Position numbers and translations under genes: made by a program. From the NCBI GenBank assembly GCA_038065315.1, contig JBBTRF010000001.1, forward strand, positions 161,642 through 225,641: a DNA stretch of 64,000 nucleotides, read 5' to 3'. This DNA is from Patescibacteria group bacterium. Its GTDB lineage: Bacteria; Patescibacteriota; Minisyncoccia; Phycocordibacterales; JBBTRF01. Under the pieces are notes generated by a model. It saw nothing but the letters and a program-made list of their open reading frames with translations, was not told the DNA's origin and did not search any database. This document shows, one piece after another, positions 49,836-58,410 of this stretch; position 1 is the first letter of the stretch; each line of letters starts with the position of its first letter.

Positions 49836-50167
49836 TTTATTATTTCTAATTTTCTTTCTACACAATCCCTAATCCATATATCATCATTAATGAAATTACC
49901 ACTATCATCCACATAGCCTTTATTCTTAAGACCGATCATAATTAATTCTGGTGATAAAGTAGACTTATCGAAAAATTTGATATCCTCCTCCTTTTCCTCT
50001 CTGCATTCTTTCTGAAGAGTAAGTTTTAAATTCACTAGATTTTCACCATCTTGCTTTTCAATCATATATTTTTGTTTACTAACTTCTGTAGAATAATAGA
50101 AACCACCCAATATACATGCTGCAATTATAATTCTCCAAGATACTGGTAGTTTATTTAATTTATTCAT
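49832..50167 (-). CDS. Small membrane-anchored hypothetical protein
   Basis: IIIAACILGGFYY anchor; two Cys in the soluble part. Confidence 0.65.
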   Translation of the reverse strand: MNKLNKLPVSWRIIIAACILGGFYYSTEVSKQKYMIEKQDGENLVNLKLTLQKECREEKEEDIKFFDKSTLSPELIMIGLKNKGYVDDSGNFINDDIWIRDCVERKLEIIK

Positions 50168-50295
50168 AGGAATTTTAGTTATTTAATACATGCCCTCTTA
50201 AACATTTTTCATAACTAGACTTATCTAACGTTGTTAGCCTATCAGTATCAGATCCTCTGAGAGTATTCGGGGGTAATTTTATACATTTAGTTTAA

Positions 50296-50796
50296 TTATA
50301 CGGCAGTTTGTTGTTTATGGTCCTGTTCTTCTTCATCTTTATTAACAAAATACTGTCCAAGTATTCTACTTCCGTACGTTGTTATCATTCCTACACATAA
50401 CCAGAAGAGGACGGTCCAAGATCCGTCAAATGCTGTGGCCAGTAATGACAAAGGTAGTATTCCTATTCCTGCAAACAATAAACCTACTACAACCCAAAAA
50501 CCTCCCCAAATGATGTATGTAAACAACAGTGCCCTTAACCAGAGTTCCAAACCAAAAATATAAGAAGATATATACATTCCTAGTCCTGAATATCCACGAG
50601 TTTTTCTAACAAAACAAAGGGGCAGAAGAACGAGTAAGTTTACGAAGAAAAGAAAGCCAGAGATTATTTGTACTATGGGTAAGACTGTTGCGGTAAACCA
50701 AATTGCCCCCTTGAAAACTAGACCGATAATGAGACCGAATGCAACAATTATAACTACTCCCAACAAACCCGAAGACCATTCTTTTATTTTACTCAT
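50296..50796 (-). CDS. Multi-TM hypothetical protein
   Basis: Several hydrophobic segments; start MSKIKEW. Confidence 0.65.
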   Translation of the reverse strand: MSKIKEWSSGLLGVVIIVAFGLIIGLVFKGAIWFTATVLPIVQIISGFLFFVNLLVLLPLCFVRKTRGYSGLGMYISSYIFGLELWLRALLFTYIIWGGFWVVVGLLFAGIGILPLSLLATAFDGSWTVLFWLCVGMITTYGSRILGQYFVNKDEEEQDHKQQTAV

Positions 50797-50797
50797 A

Positions 50798-51106
50798 TTA
50801 TTTTTTATTAGTTTTAATAAATAAGGACACAAAGAACAAAACCGCCCCGGTTACATCGAAAATCTGCCACATATCTTTTGAGAAATAAAATGGGAATATG
50901 GGGTTAAATAGTATCGCTAGAGCAATAAACAGCCACATAAAAACGGTCTTATGATTTTCAAAGTAACTAAAAGCAAGATAGGCACTGCAGATTGTTGTTA
51001 ACCAACGAGTTAGCTGATAGTAGGAGTATGGGTGGTCTCCTAATGCCCCAAGCAATGTCCCAAATGCGATTATCTTAAACCAATTTCCTTTGAGAGAGTT
51101 CTTCAT
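50798..51106 (-). CDS. Small membrane protein (DUF6804-like)
   Basis: PYSYYQL.RW, AILFNP..P, W..FD. Confidence 0.65.
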   Translation of the reverse strand: MKNSLKGNWFKIIAFGTLLGALGDHPYSYYQLTRWLTTICSAYLAFSYFENHKTVFMWLFIALAILFNPIFPFYFSKDMWQIFDVTGAVLFFVSLFIKTNKK

Positions 51107-51167
51107 ATAAAAGTTATATTTATGCTAATTTTACTCCACAAACCATAACCATACAATCAAGATTAAA

Positions 51168-51284
51168 TTATGCAACAAAAAATCTGCTTACGAAGCTACG
51201 TTCTGCAATAAATCCCGCAACTTTTGAAAGTTTGAATCGCTCAAATCCTTCCTTAATTTTTTCTTTTGTCCATACATCATTCAT
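51168..51284 (-). pseudogene. Truncated gene fragment MNDVWTKEKIKEGFERF...
   Basis: 38-codon ORF right after rloB; the N-terminus looks protein-like, then runs into terminator-like sequence. Confidence 0.35.
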
Positions 51285-51288
51285 ATAT

Positions 51289-51807
51289 TTAAAAATTGCC
51301 TTCCATTATCTTTATTATTCTTTTTAGTATTGGCATGTTTGGAATGACAGCATCAAGAACACTCCTTGAAAAAAGTCTCTTACAGTCCCCATCAGTTAGA
51401 CTCCTTCTTCCGTTCAGGTGGTTACTCTGAAAGGACCGTTTACAGTCTGATGAAGATCGGTTTGCGTGATTTGTGGCTGGTTCGAGAACGGTCAAAAGCA
51501 GTCCTTCAATACAAGGACTGCTTCCAACCAATTCAAAACCCTTAACTTTTGCTTTATTTTTTACAGGACTTGTCCATTCACGATCTGTATCTAGCAATAT
51601 GAAAGAGTGGTTATATTTCAGATTACCTTTTACACGTAGCGCTTTTTCCAGAATGTATGACACATCTTTTCCTCCAGCATAATCTACTCTTACGCTGGTT
51701 TTGTTTACCGCATACAGCGATCGAATGTGCTTTAGGAAGATTCTTTCAGCTTCTCCCTCTCCAAAAGCAAACACTGTGGTTTTCTGTGCCCTAAGAGTTC
51801 TTGCCAT
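51289..51807 (-). CDS. RloB-like (TOPRIM-fold) protein
   Basis: GEGEAE, GGK, LLDTD, SSPCIE; start MARTLR 4 nt after the ATPase stop. Confidence 0.75.
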   Translation of the reverse strand: MARTLRAQKTTVFAFGEGEAERIFLKHIRSLYAVNKTSVRVDYAGGKDVSYILEKALRVKGNLKYNHSFILLDTDREWTSPVKNKAKVKGFELVGSSPCIEGLLLTVLEPATNHANRSSSDCKRSFQSNHLNGRRSLTDGDCKRLFSRSVLDAVIPNMPILKRIIKIMEGNF

Positions 51808-51811
51808 AATT

Positions 51812-53002
51812 TTAAACCTTAGGAATAGCCCCGTAAGCCCCAGCCATATACTTAGCGTAGAAGTTGTCGTCTGCTCTGACACCTTTTACATCAGCCAAGT
51901 TCCAAGCCTCACTGATACCCTTATCATTCTTTTCGACCAAAATGATCTGCTGTTTATCTAATTTGTTTAGTATCTGCACACTGTGAGTGCTGAACAAAAG
52001 CTGTGCTTTATTTGGATTGTAGGTCTCTGAAGAGAACAAATTGATGATTTCTGGAATCATTAGTGGGTGAAGATCATTATCCATTTCATCTAGGACGGCA
52101 ACTCCACCACTTTGCAATACAACCAAGATGGTTCTAAGCAAGAAGAGAAGGTTCTGAGTTCCCCTAGATTCATACTGGAAAGAGAGAGAGTACTCCTTAC
52201 TTCCATCGATGTACTTGTGAGATCCTGTTGGAACATAGATAACCCTTTTGTCTGATGTCTCGACCTTCTGAATATTTATTTTTGCTAAACCTAGATCAAA
52301 CTTGCTTAGTATTTCTTCTGCTTTTGCTTTAATTTCGGGATTTTCCTGATAGTATTTTATTGCATCGGCGAGGCGTTCCATTGGGACTTTACCGCCCTCA
52401 AAAATGTTTGTCTGTATAGCACTGAGGTAGTTGGTAATTTCAATACTGTGCTTATGATTTATCTGGCGTGCTGTAGAAATAATTGAAGCGTTACTACGAG
52501 TAATTTGGGCAAAGTTTGCTGGAACATCAAACCTTTTAAAGTTGAAGTCGTATTCATTCTTTTCCTTATTCCATGACCTATCGAAGAGAATCTTGAACCT
52601 CTTTTCCTCTTTGATACTTAACTTCTCATTGATAATTTTCTTGGTGTTTAATTCAAGTTCGTATTTATATATCTTTTTGTTTGTTTCAAACTCAATATCA
52701 AAGAAGCTTGATCTTTTATCTGAGTCAGCACAGAACAAGAAGGGTTTGAATGCGATGTCTTTATCGGGGGTAAGAGCAGAGAATGAATCTACCACAAACC
52801 ACTTCATAAAAGCCAAACTTTTTAGAAGATTAGTTTTACCCGAAGCATTTGGTCCAACAAATGCCATAAATTTAGTGAGCTTATTCCCAAACTCATCAGT
52901 AAAATATGCATCCGTGTCAGGTGCATTTTTGTTGACCACCAGATCAATCTCGGCACCCTCCATAAAGGAGTAGAAGTTTTTGAATGATAGTTTGTGGATC
53001 AT
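51812..53002 (-). CDS. RloA/AAA_21-like ABC-type ATPase
   Basis: KNFYSF, GPNASGKTN, ESRGT, LDEMDNDLHP, FSTH, Y..G.YGA.P. Confidence 0.85.
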   Translation of the reverse strand: MIHKLSFKNFYSFMEGAEIDLVVNKNAPDTDAYFTDEFGNKLTKFMAFVGPNASGKTNLLKSLAFMKWFVVDSFSALTPDKDIAFKPFLFCADSDKRSSFFDIEFETNKKIYKYELELNTKKIINEKLSIKEEKRFKILFDRSWNKEKNEYDFNFKRFDVPANFAQITRSNASIISTARQINHKHSIEITNYLSAIQTNIFEGGKVPMERLADAIKYYQENPEIKAKAEEILSKFDLGLAKINIQKVETSDKRVIYVPTGSHKYIDGSKEYSLSFQYESRGTQNLLFLLRTILVVLQSGGVAVLDEMDNDLHPLMIPEIINLFSSETYNPNKAQLLFSTHSVQILNKLDKQQIILVEKNDKGISEAWNLADVKGVRADDNFYAKYMAGAYGAIPKV

Positions 53003-53150
53003 GTGTTTGTTAGTACATTAATTACATTGTTATCCTAGCAGATTTAAGCACACTTTGCAAGCTTTTATACAAAATATTGTTTAAAATAGTTTAAAACATC
53101 CTATTTTAAGGCATTTTTGGCTAGATAAGATCTTTGTTCGGGAGCGATAA

Positions 53151-53176
53151 GGTGGATGTGCTGAGGCACATCCACC
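53151..53176 (-). terminator. Hairpin after the 53176-53532 gene
   Basis: GGTGGATGTGC-TGAG-GCACATCCACC. Confidence 0.6.
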
Positions 53177-53532
53177 TAGTTTCTGATTCGAGCATCAACA
53201 GTCTCGTAGATCTGCATATTACGTTTGCAGTTTTCGTCAAAATTACGCTGAATTTCTGCTGGTCCGATTTCTTCTCTCAGTGCCTCAAATTGCATGTACG
53301 CACTTAAGGTATAGATAGCAAGTTGCCAATCAATACCATTTGTCTGCGGACATTGATTGGCATATAATCCGTTTTTATCTTCGTACGCTGAGGAGTAAAA
53401 ATATAGAGGATTAATCTTGTCGGAAGACACTGATTTTTCTGCCGGTTTGAGTTTTAAAAAAAATACTGCTCCAAGGCAGACTAGTAAGACTATCGCTAAC
53501 ATTATATATTTGTATTGCTTAGTATTTTTCAC
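53176..53532 (-). CDS. Membrane-anchored hypothetical protein
   Basis: N-terminal TM; two Cys. Confidence 0.6.
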   Translation of the reverse strand: MKNTKQYKYIMLAIVLLVCLGAVFFLKLKPAEKSVSSDKINPLYFYSSAYEDKNGLYANQCPQTNGIDWQLAIYTLSAYMQFEALREEIGPAEIQRNFDENCKRNMQIYETVDARIRN

Positions 53533-53579
53533 AAATTGTGATTATTTAATATCATCTAAAAAATCTTTGATTTTATCAT

Positions 53580-54173
53580 TTACCTAATTTCAAAAGAATC
53601 AACGAATTTATCATAATTTGCTGGAGTAGCATTTTCACTTTCAACACTTAGCAAATATATCGTTTGGCCATTTAAAATTATTTTTCCTTTTATAAATGTT
53701 CCGAAGCTTTTTGTCTCCATTGAAAAATCAAGGGAATGATTACCTTTGAAATTTCCAGAGTCAGAAGAAATCAGACTATTTCCGCTATCCGTCTTCAGCA
53801 TATTACTTAGTGATCCTTTTAGAAGATTATCCGGGTTAGATACATCAATGGGAGAGGAATAAATAATTTTAGAAATCAGGAAAGCATACCCCGAAATTTT
53901 GGAGGTGTACATATCTTGGGTGTAACTCATGTTACTATCAGGAACTGGAAAATTGTAATTCTTGTGTTCAGGCTCGGAAGGAAGCGACACGTTAAAATCT
54001 GCACTCGGTGAACTATATGCAATCCAATAGTTATTTATATTTTGTTGAGTACTAGTACTATTTAAATGTCCAAATACAAAATATAGTAAGCCGACAACTA
54101 GAATTGCCCCGAAAATGGGAGAAAGATTAAAATCTTCTTTTTTCTCAATATTATTAATGTTTTCTTTTTCCAT
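53580..54173 (-). CDS. Membrane-anchored PsbP/DcrB-like-fold protein
   Basis: TM, then W..Y.S....F.V.LP..P, ending F.DSF. Confidence 0.55.
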   Translation of the reverse strand: MEKENINNIEKKEDFNLSPIFGAILVVGLLYFVFGHLNSTSTQQNINNYWIAYSSPSADFNVSLPSEPEHKNYNFPVPDSNMSYTQDMYTSKISGYAFLISKIIYSSPIDVSNPDNLLKGSLSNMLKTDSGNSLISSDSGNFKGNHSLDFSMETKSFGTFIKGKIILNGQTIYLLSVESENATPANYDKFVDSFEIR

Positions 54174-54174
54174 A

Positions 54175-54387
54175 TTATTTCTTCCTAAAATACTTTATTA
54201 AATCTGCAGTTCCCGTAATTAGGCCAATAATAATCAAGAGATTAAATATACCGACAGCGGCGCCTATCGTAGTTGAAGCCCCTCCCAGTAGGTTAGATAT
54301 GACATAGGCTACAATTCCTAGAGGAATTGCGTAATTCCACTTCCATATTTTTTTATCAAGGTCTTTTATGAATTTTTTATATTCCAT
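54175..54387 (-). CDS. Small two-TM hypothetical protein
   Basis: Starts 13 nt after the tRNA CCA. Confidence 0.55.
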   Translation of the reverse strand: MEYKKFIKDLDKKIWKWNYAIPLGIVAYVISNLLGGASTTIGAAVGIFNLLIIIGLITGTADLIKYFRKK

Positions 54388-54400
54388 GCCGATGTTTCTT

Positions 54401-54476
54401 TGGTGGACCCTACAGGACTCGAACCTGCCACCCCCTCATTGCAAATGAGGTGCTCTACCAGATGAGCTAAGGGCCC
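54401..54476 (-). tRNA. tRNA-Ala(TGC)
   Basis: GGGCCCTTAGCTCATCTGGTAGAGCACCTCATTTGCAATGAGGGGGTGGCAGGTTCGAGTCCTGTAGGGTCCACCA: cloverleaf, TGC anticodon, G3:U70, encoded CCA. Confidence 0.97.
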
Positions 54477-54594
54477 GTCTTTCCAACCGTCGCATCATAC
54501 CAAAAAGAACCTAAAAAAACAACCAGTGGAATTAAAATATTTCCTAGGGGGACACTATACAAACATTTCAAAAAGTTGTATGGTTGATATATAA

Positions 54595-55554
54595 ATGAAA
54601 AAATTACTATTTGTATTCGTCGGTTTGTCAACTTTATTATTTTTATTTTCCGTAGTAAATCCTCTGTATGCCTATGTTTCTGTTAAAGGCTACTACAAAA
54701 GTAACGGCACTTATGTTGCACCCCACGTACGCAGTAGTCCAAATGGCTTGAAATCTGACAACTACAGTTATACTCCGAGCCAGGGTGCGTATAATAAAAC
54801 GTACGGCACGAGAGGTGCGGAATGGGACACCCCAACCTACATAACGGATCCTAGCTACTATCAAGGAAAGTCGTTGTATGAATCTGGGAATAATAATTAC
54901 GGAAGCTATTATCAATACCCGACCACACCCACCTGTCCGACGAATTCATATTACGACGGAGTATCTTCCTGTAAGTGCAATTATGGCTATATTGTGAACG
55001 GAGGAAGTTGTGTTAATGCTAATAATTATTGCTCAGGTCAGCTTGGGATAATGTCTCAGTATAATAGCTTGTTAAGTAGATGTGAGTGTATGAGCGGCTA
55101 TGAATACAATGGGTCGAGCTGTGCTTATAAAAGTACAAGCTATTCGAGTTCCTCTGGATATTCCGGAGCATCATCTTACGCTTGTCCAGCAAATTCACAC
55201 ACATCACTAACTGAACCGACAAAATGTGACTGTAATTCCGGATATCAAGTCAATTCAACAAGGACAGCCTGCGTTCTGCCAAATAATGCTTTGAATAACC
55301 AAACCTGTATAAATTCATACGGCGCATACAGTAATTGGGACGGTACAAAGACAGCCACAGGACTAATAAATTGCGCTTGTCAGGGTGGATATGATTGGAA
55401 TAATTCAAAGAGTACCTGCGTAGCAATCGTAGCCAAACCACAATATCAAAATGATGAGCTTATTGGAAAAAATTATTATTTAACCAATCGTACATGCGTC
55501 GGTCTTTCTGATAATCAATATTCCTATTGCATTGGCTACGCATACAACCACTAG
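54595..55554 (+). CDS. Secreted Cys-rich protein with EGF-like CxCxxGY repeats
   Basis: Signal peptide; VKGYYKSNGTYVAPH.R motif; CKCNYGY, CECMSGY, CDCNSGY, CACQGGY. Confidence 0.75.
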   Translation: MKKLLFVFVGLSTLLFLFSVVNPLYAYVSVKGYYKSNGTYVAPHVRSSPNGLKSDNYSYTPSQGAYNKTYGTRGAEWDTPTYITDPSYYQGKSLYESGNNNYGSYYQYPTTPTCPTNSYYDGVSSCKCNYGYIVNGGSCVNANNYCSGQLGIMSQYNSLLSRCECMSGYEYNGSSCAYKSTSYSSSSGYSGASSYACPANSHTSLTEPTKCDCNSGYQVNSTRTACVLPNNALNNQTCINSYGAYSNWDGTKTATGLINCACQGGYDWNNSKSTCVAIVAKPQYQNDELIGKNYYLTNRTCVGLSDNQYSYCIGYAYNH

Positions 55555-55555
55555 T

Positions 55556-56578
55556 TCAATACTTCCCCCTCGCCAACCCCACCAAATGCTCGACGAGCTC
55601 AGTCAGCCCAGAGCCCACCGCCTGCATCGCCCTGGGAAACAGCGAATGTTCGGTGAGGCCGGGAAGCGTATTCACTTCCAAAAAATACACGCCGCGGCGC
55701 GGGTGCACAATGAAATCCGAGCGGGAATAATGCTTCAGGCCGAGCGAACGATGTACTTCACGAGCCATGCGCTGAATCTCGGCACTCTCGGCCGCAGTGA
55801 AATTACCGGGACAGATCTCCTCGGACGCACCGCCGTATTTGGCTTCGTAGTCGAAGAAAGCGGACGCGCCGCCTTTCCGAATCTCCACCGGCGGCAAGAC
55901 ATAATGCTTCTCGCCACGGAAATGGTCGATCACCCCGCAAGTCGCCTCTTTGCCAGCGATGTATTCTTCGATTAACACCGTATCACCGTGCTCAAATGCC
56001 GAATGAATCGCCTTCTCCAACTGCTTGAGCGTTGAGACGATCGACACACCAATCGATGAACCCGCACTGGCCGGCTTTACCACAGCAGGATGAGGAAACG
56101 TTTTGAAAATCTCGGCTGCTCTTTTTGAAATATTTTGTATTTCTTCTTTTCGCAACACCAGATGCACCGCGGTTTTGATCTTCGAACCAGCGTGTTGGGT
56201 CGCATGATGCGCCAGATGCTTCTTCGTGAGCACTTTGTTCATCGCCATCGCGGAAGCCAGCGCTCCCGAGCCGGTGTAAGCGGCCTTGTATGTATCGAGC
56301 AATGTCTGAATCTTGCCGTCCTCACCGAACTCGCCGTGTAGCGCGTTGAAAATCACATCAACATGCTTCAGGATCTGCTCCGGCTTTTTTTCGACGCCGT
56401 CAAAATGCCATTTGCCGTCGCGAGTGATGAGAATATCGTGCACGCGATATTTCGAGGCTGGCAGATGCTTGATCACCGAACCGCCCGTCTTGAGCGACAC
56501 CGGATACTCAGAAGAGGTGCCGCCGCGAACAACGCCGACACGAATCTTTGAAGCTTGTGCATGCGAGCCTGCTGACAT
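55556..56578 (-). CDS. ddl: D-alanine--D-alanine ligase
   Basis: GGTSSE..VS, LHG.FGEDG, GSS.G, FDYEAKY, EVNTLPG. Confidence 0.95.
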   Translation of the reverse strand: MSAGSHAQASKIRVGVVRGGTSSEYPVSLKTGGSVIKHLPASKYRVHDILITRDGKWHFDGVEKKPEQILKHVDVIFNALHGEFGEDGKIQTLLDTYKAAYTGSGALASAMAMNKVLTKKHLAHHATQHAGSKIKTAVHLVLRKEEIQNISKRAAEIFKTFPHPAVVKPASAGSSIGVSIVSTLKQLEKAIHSAFEHGDTVLIEEYIAGKEATCGVIDHFRGEKHYVLPPVEIRKGGASAFFDYEAKYGGASEEICPGNFTAAESAEIQRMAREVHRSLGLKHYSRSDFIVHPRRGVYFLEVNTLPGLTEHSLFPRAMQAVGSGLTELVEHLVGLARGKY

Positions 56579-56593
56579 GCAAATAGTATATCA

Positions 56594-57976
56594 CTATCGC
56601 AAGCGCCCGCGTACCTTTCGGTGGTATTTAATCGCAAAACGATGCGCCTCGCTGTTGAGCAGCAAAATCTCCTTTGAGAACTTCTTTATCAAAAATTGAT
56701 GTCGTGGCGCGGCCAGGATCCGCTCTGGCTTGTGCTTGTCGTTCTTCACCACCGCCACCACCGCGATATCAAAGCCGGCTTCACGCAGCACTTTTTCTGC
56801 GGCACGCTTTTGTGCAGTTGAACCATCCACCACAATGAGATTTGGAAACGTCCATTCCGCATGCGTGAGGCGGCGCGACAAGATCTCCCGCAGCGAGGCG
56901 ATGTCGTCATTGCCACCCGGCACCTTCACTGCGCCTGCCGCTGTATGCGCCGGCGCCGCCTGCTTGATCTTGAACATTCGATAATCACTACGCTTCAGCT
57001 CCCGATCCTCCAGCACGGTCATCACGCCAACCGTATTTTTGCCAGACATGTGAGCAACATCATATGCCTCGATCCGAAACAAAGCCTCTTGTGCTTTCGG
57101 ACCACCGTGTGCGGTGACGGCCAAAGGTTCATCCTGGACGACTGGCGTATCCTGTTCCTTCACAAGCGCGATATCCTGAATATGATTCAACGCAAACAGT
57201 GTCCGCTTGATGCCGCCCGCCTCTTCAAACCGCCGCTCTTTCGCCAAGGCAAGCATTTCTCTTTCGAGTCGGCCAACGAGCAGCCCTTTCTTGCCTTCCA
57301 AAAACAATTTCAATCGAGCAATCGTCTTTTTGTATTCGATAGAAGAGATCTCGCCGGTACAGACGCCGGGGCAAAGACCAAGCTGTCGGTTGAAGCAGGG
57401 TCGACACGGAGTATTGTTGGTTACATTTGCGCACGGAAGGCATCGGTCACGAAATGGGAAAATTTTGCGAATGATTTTCAATCCCTCTCGGAGCACTGCA
57501 CCATTCGCATACGGACCGAAGACGGCTTCAAGCCCGATGCTCTTTTTTCCCGCGTTTTTTTCCACATCCTTGCTGCGCATAATGAGCACACGCGGAAACG
57601 CCTCGCGAGTGACGACAATGCAGTTGAAACTTTTATCCGACTTCTCCTTTGTGTTGTATCGCGGCTGATGCTGCTTGATGAGATTGGCTTCGAGCAGGAT
57701 GGCTTCAAGCACTGAATCGGTTTGCACAAAATCCACCTTGTCTGCATGAAAGACCATGTCCACGACGAGTGGGCCTCGGGTGTGGATAACGTCATCGTTA
57801 AAATAGCTGCGCACGCGGTCGCGAAGCGAGGTGGCACGGCCGATATAGAGGATTTCCGTCTCTTTTCCGGACTCATTTTGGCCATTTTTCAGGGTTTTGA
57901 CGGATTTTGGACCAACAAAAAAATAGACGCCCGGAGCATCTGGCAAGGCCTTCCACAGCTCTCCTTGACTGGTCAT
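56594..57976 (-). CDS. uvrC: Excinuclease UvrC (no C-terminal HhH domain)
   Basis: PGVY, YIGRA..LR.RV.SYF, Cys cluster, UVR, IEAYD, VVDG, EAHRFA. Confidence 0.9.
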   Translation of the reverse strand: MTSQGELWKALPDAPGVYFFVGPKSVKTLKNGQNESGKETEILYIGRATSLRDRVRSYFNDDVIHTRGPLVVDMVFHADKVDFVQTDSVLEAILLEANLIKQHQPRYNTKEKSDKSFNCIVVTREAFPRVLIMRSKDVEKNAGKKSIGLEAVFGPYANGAVLREGLKIIRKIFPFRDRCLPCANVTNNTPCRPCFNRQLGLCPGVCTGEISSIEYKKTIARLKLFLEGKKGLLVGRLEREMLALAKERRFEEAGGIKRTLFALNHIQDIALVKEQDTPVVQDEPLAVTAHGGPKAQEALFRIEAYDVAHMSGKNTVGVMTVLEDRELKRSDYRMFKIKQAAPAHTAAGAVKVPGGNDDIASLREILSRRLTHAEWTFPNLIVVDGSTAQKRAAEKVLREAGFDIAVVAVVKNDKHKPERILAAPRHQFLIKKFSKEILLLNSEAHRFAIKYHRKVRGRLR

Positions 57977-58040
57977 GGCTTGTATAGTACTATATTAGGT
58001 AGCAAAAACAACCGCAACGTCTGTTTCCTCACCCGCACCC

Positions 58041-58271
58041 ATGAAAAACCTGCTCTTCGCCACATTGTGGCTCACCGTCGCCGTGGTCAGCTACGTGCTC
58101 GGCCAACCCATGATCACCCTCGCGATCGCCATCCTGGCCGCCACGGAAATCTGGGCCCAGTTCCGCACTCGTCGTGGCACTTCCTCGGCGCCCCGCCAGA
58201 GCACGATCTCCCAGGCTTTGGCTACCGGCACAACCGGCAGCCACCGGCACGACTGGTTTGCACTGCGCTGA
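58041..58271 (+). CDS. Small two-TM hypothetical protein
   Basis: Hydrophobic N-half; terminator CCCCGCA..TGCGGGG plus T-tract at 58307-58338. Confidence 0.55.
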   Translation: MKNLLFATLWLTVAVVSYVLGQPMITLAIAILAATEIWAQFRTRRGTSSAPRQSTISQALATGTTGSHRHDWFALR

Positions 58272-58410
58272 GCACTGCAACCCCCGCGCTCCGGCGCTTC
58301 CCTTCACCCCCGCACTCACACTGCGGGGCTTATTTTTTGCATAAAAAAGAAAACGCCACCGACCGGAGCCGGAGACGTCTTGAGTAATGCGGATAGGACA
58401 ATGTCGTCGA

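Noticed and set aside
49560-54476. Prophage or integrative element at tRNA-Ala
   Set aside because: No integrase, phage structural genes or duplicated tRNA 3' end found by eye.
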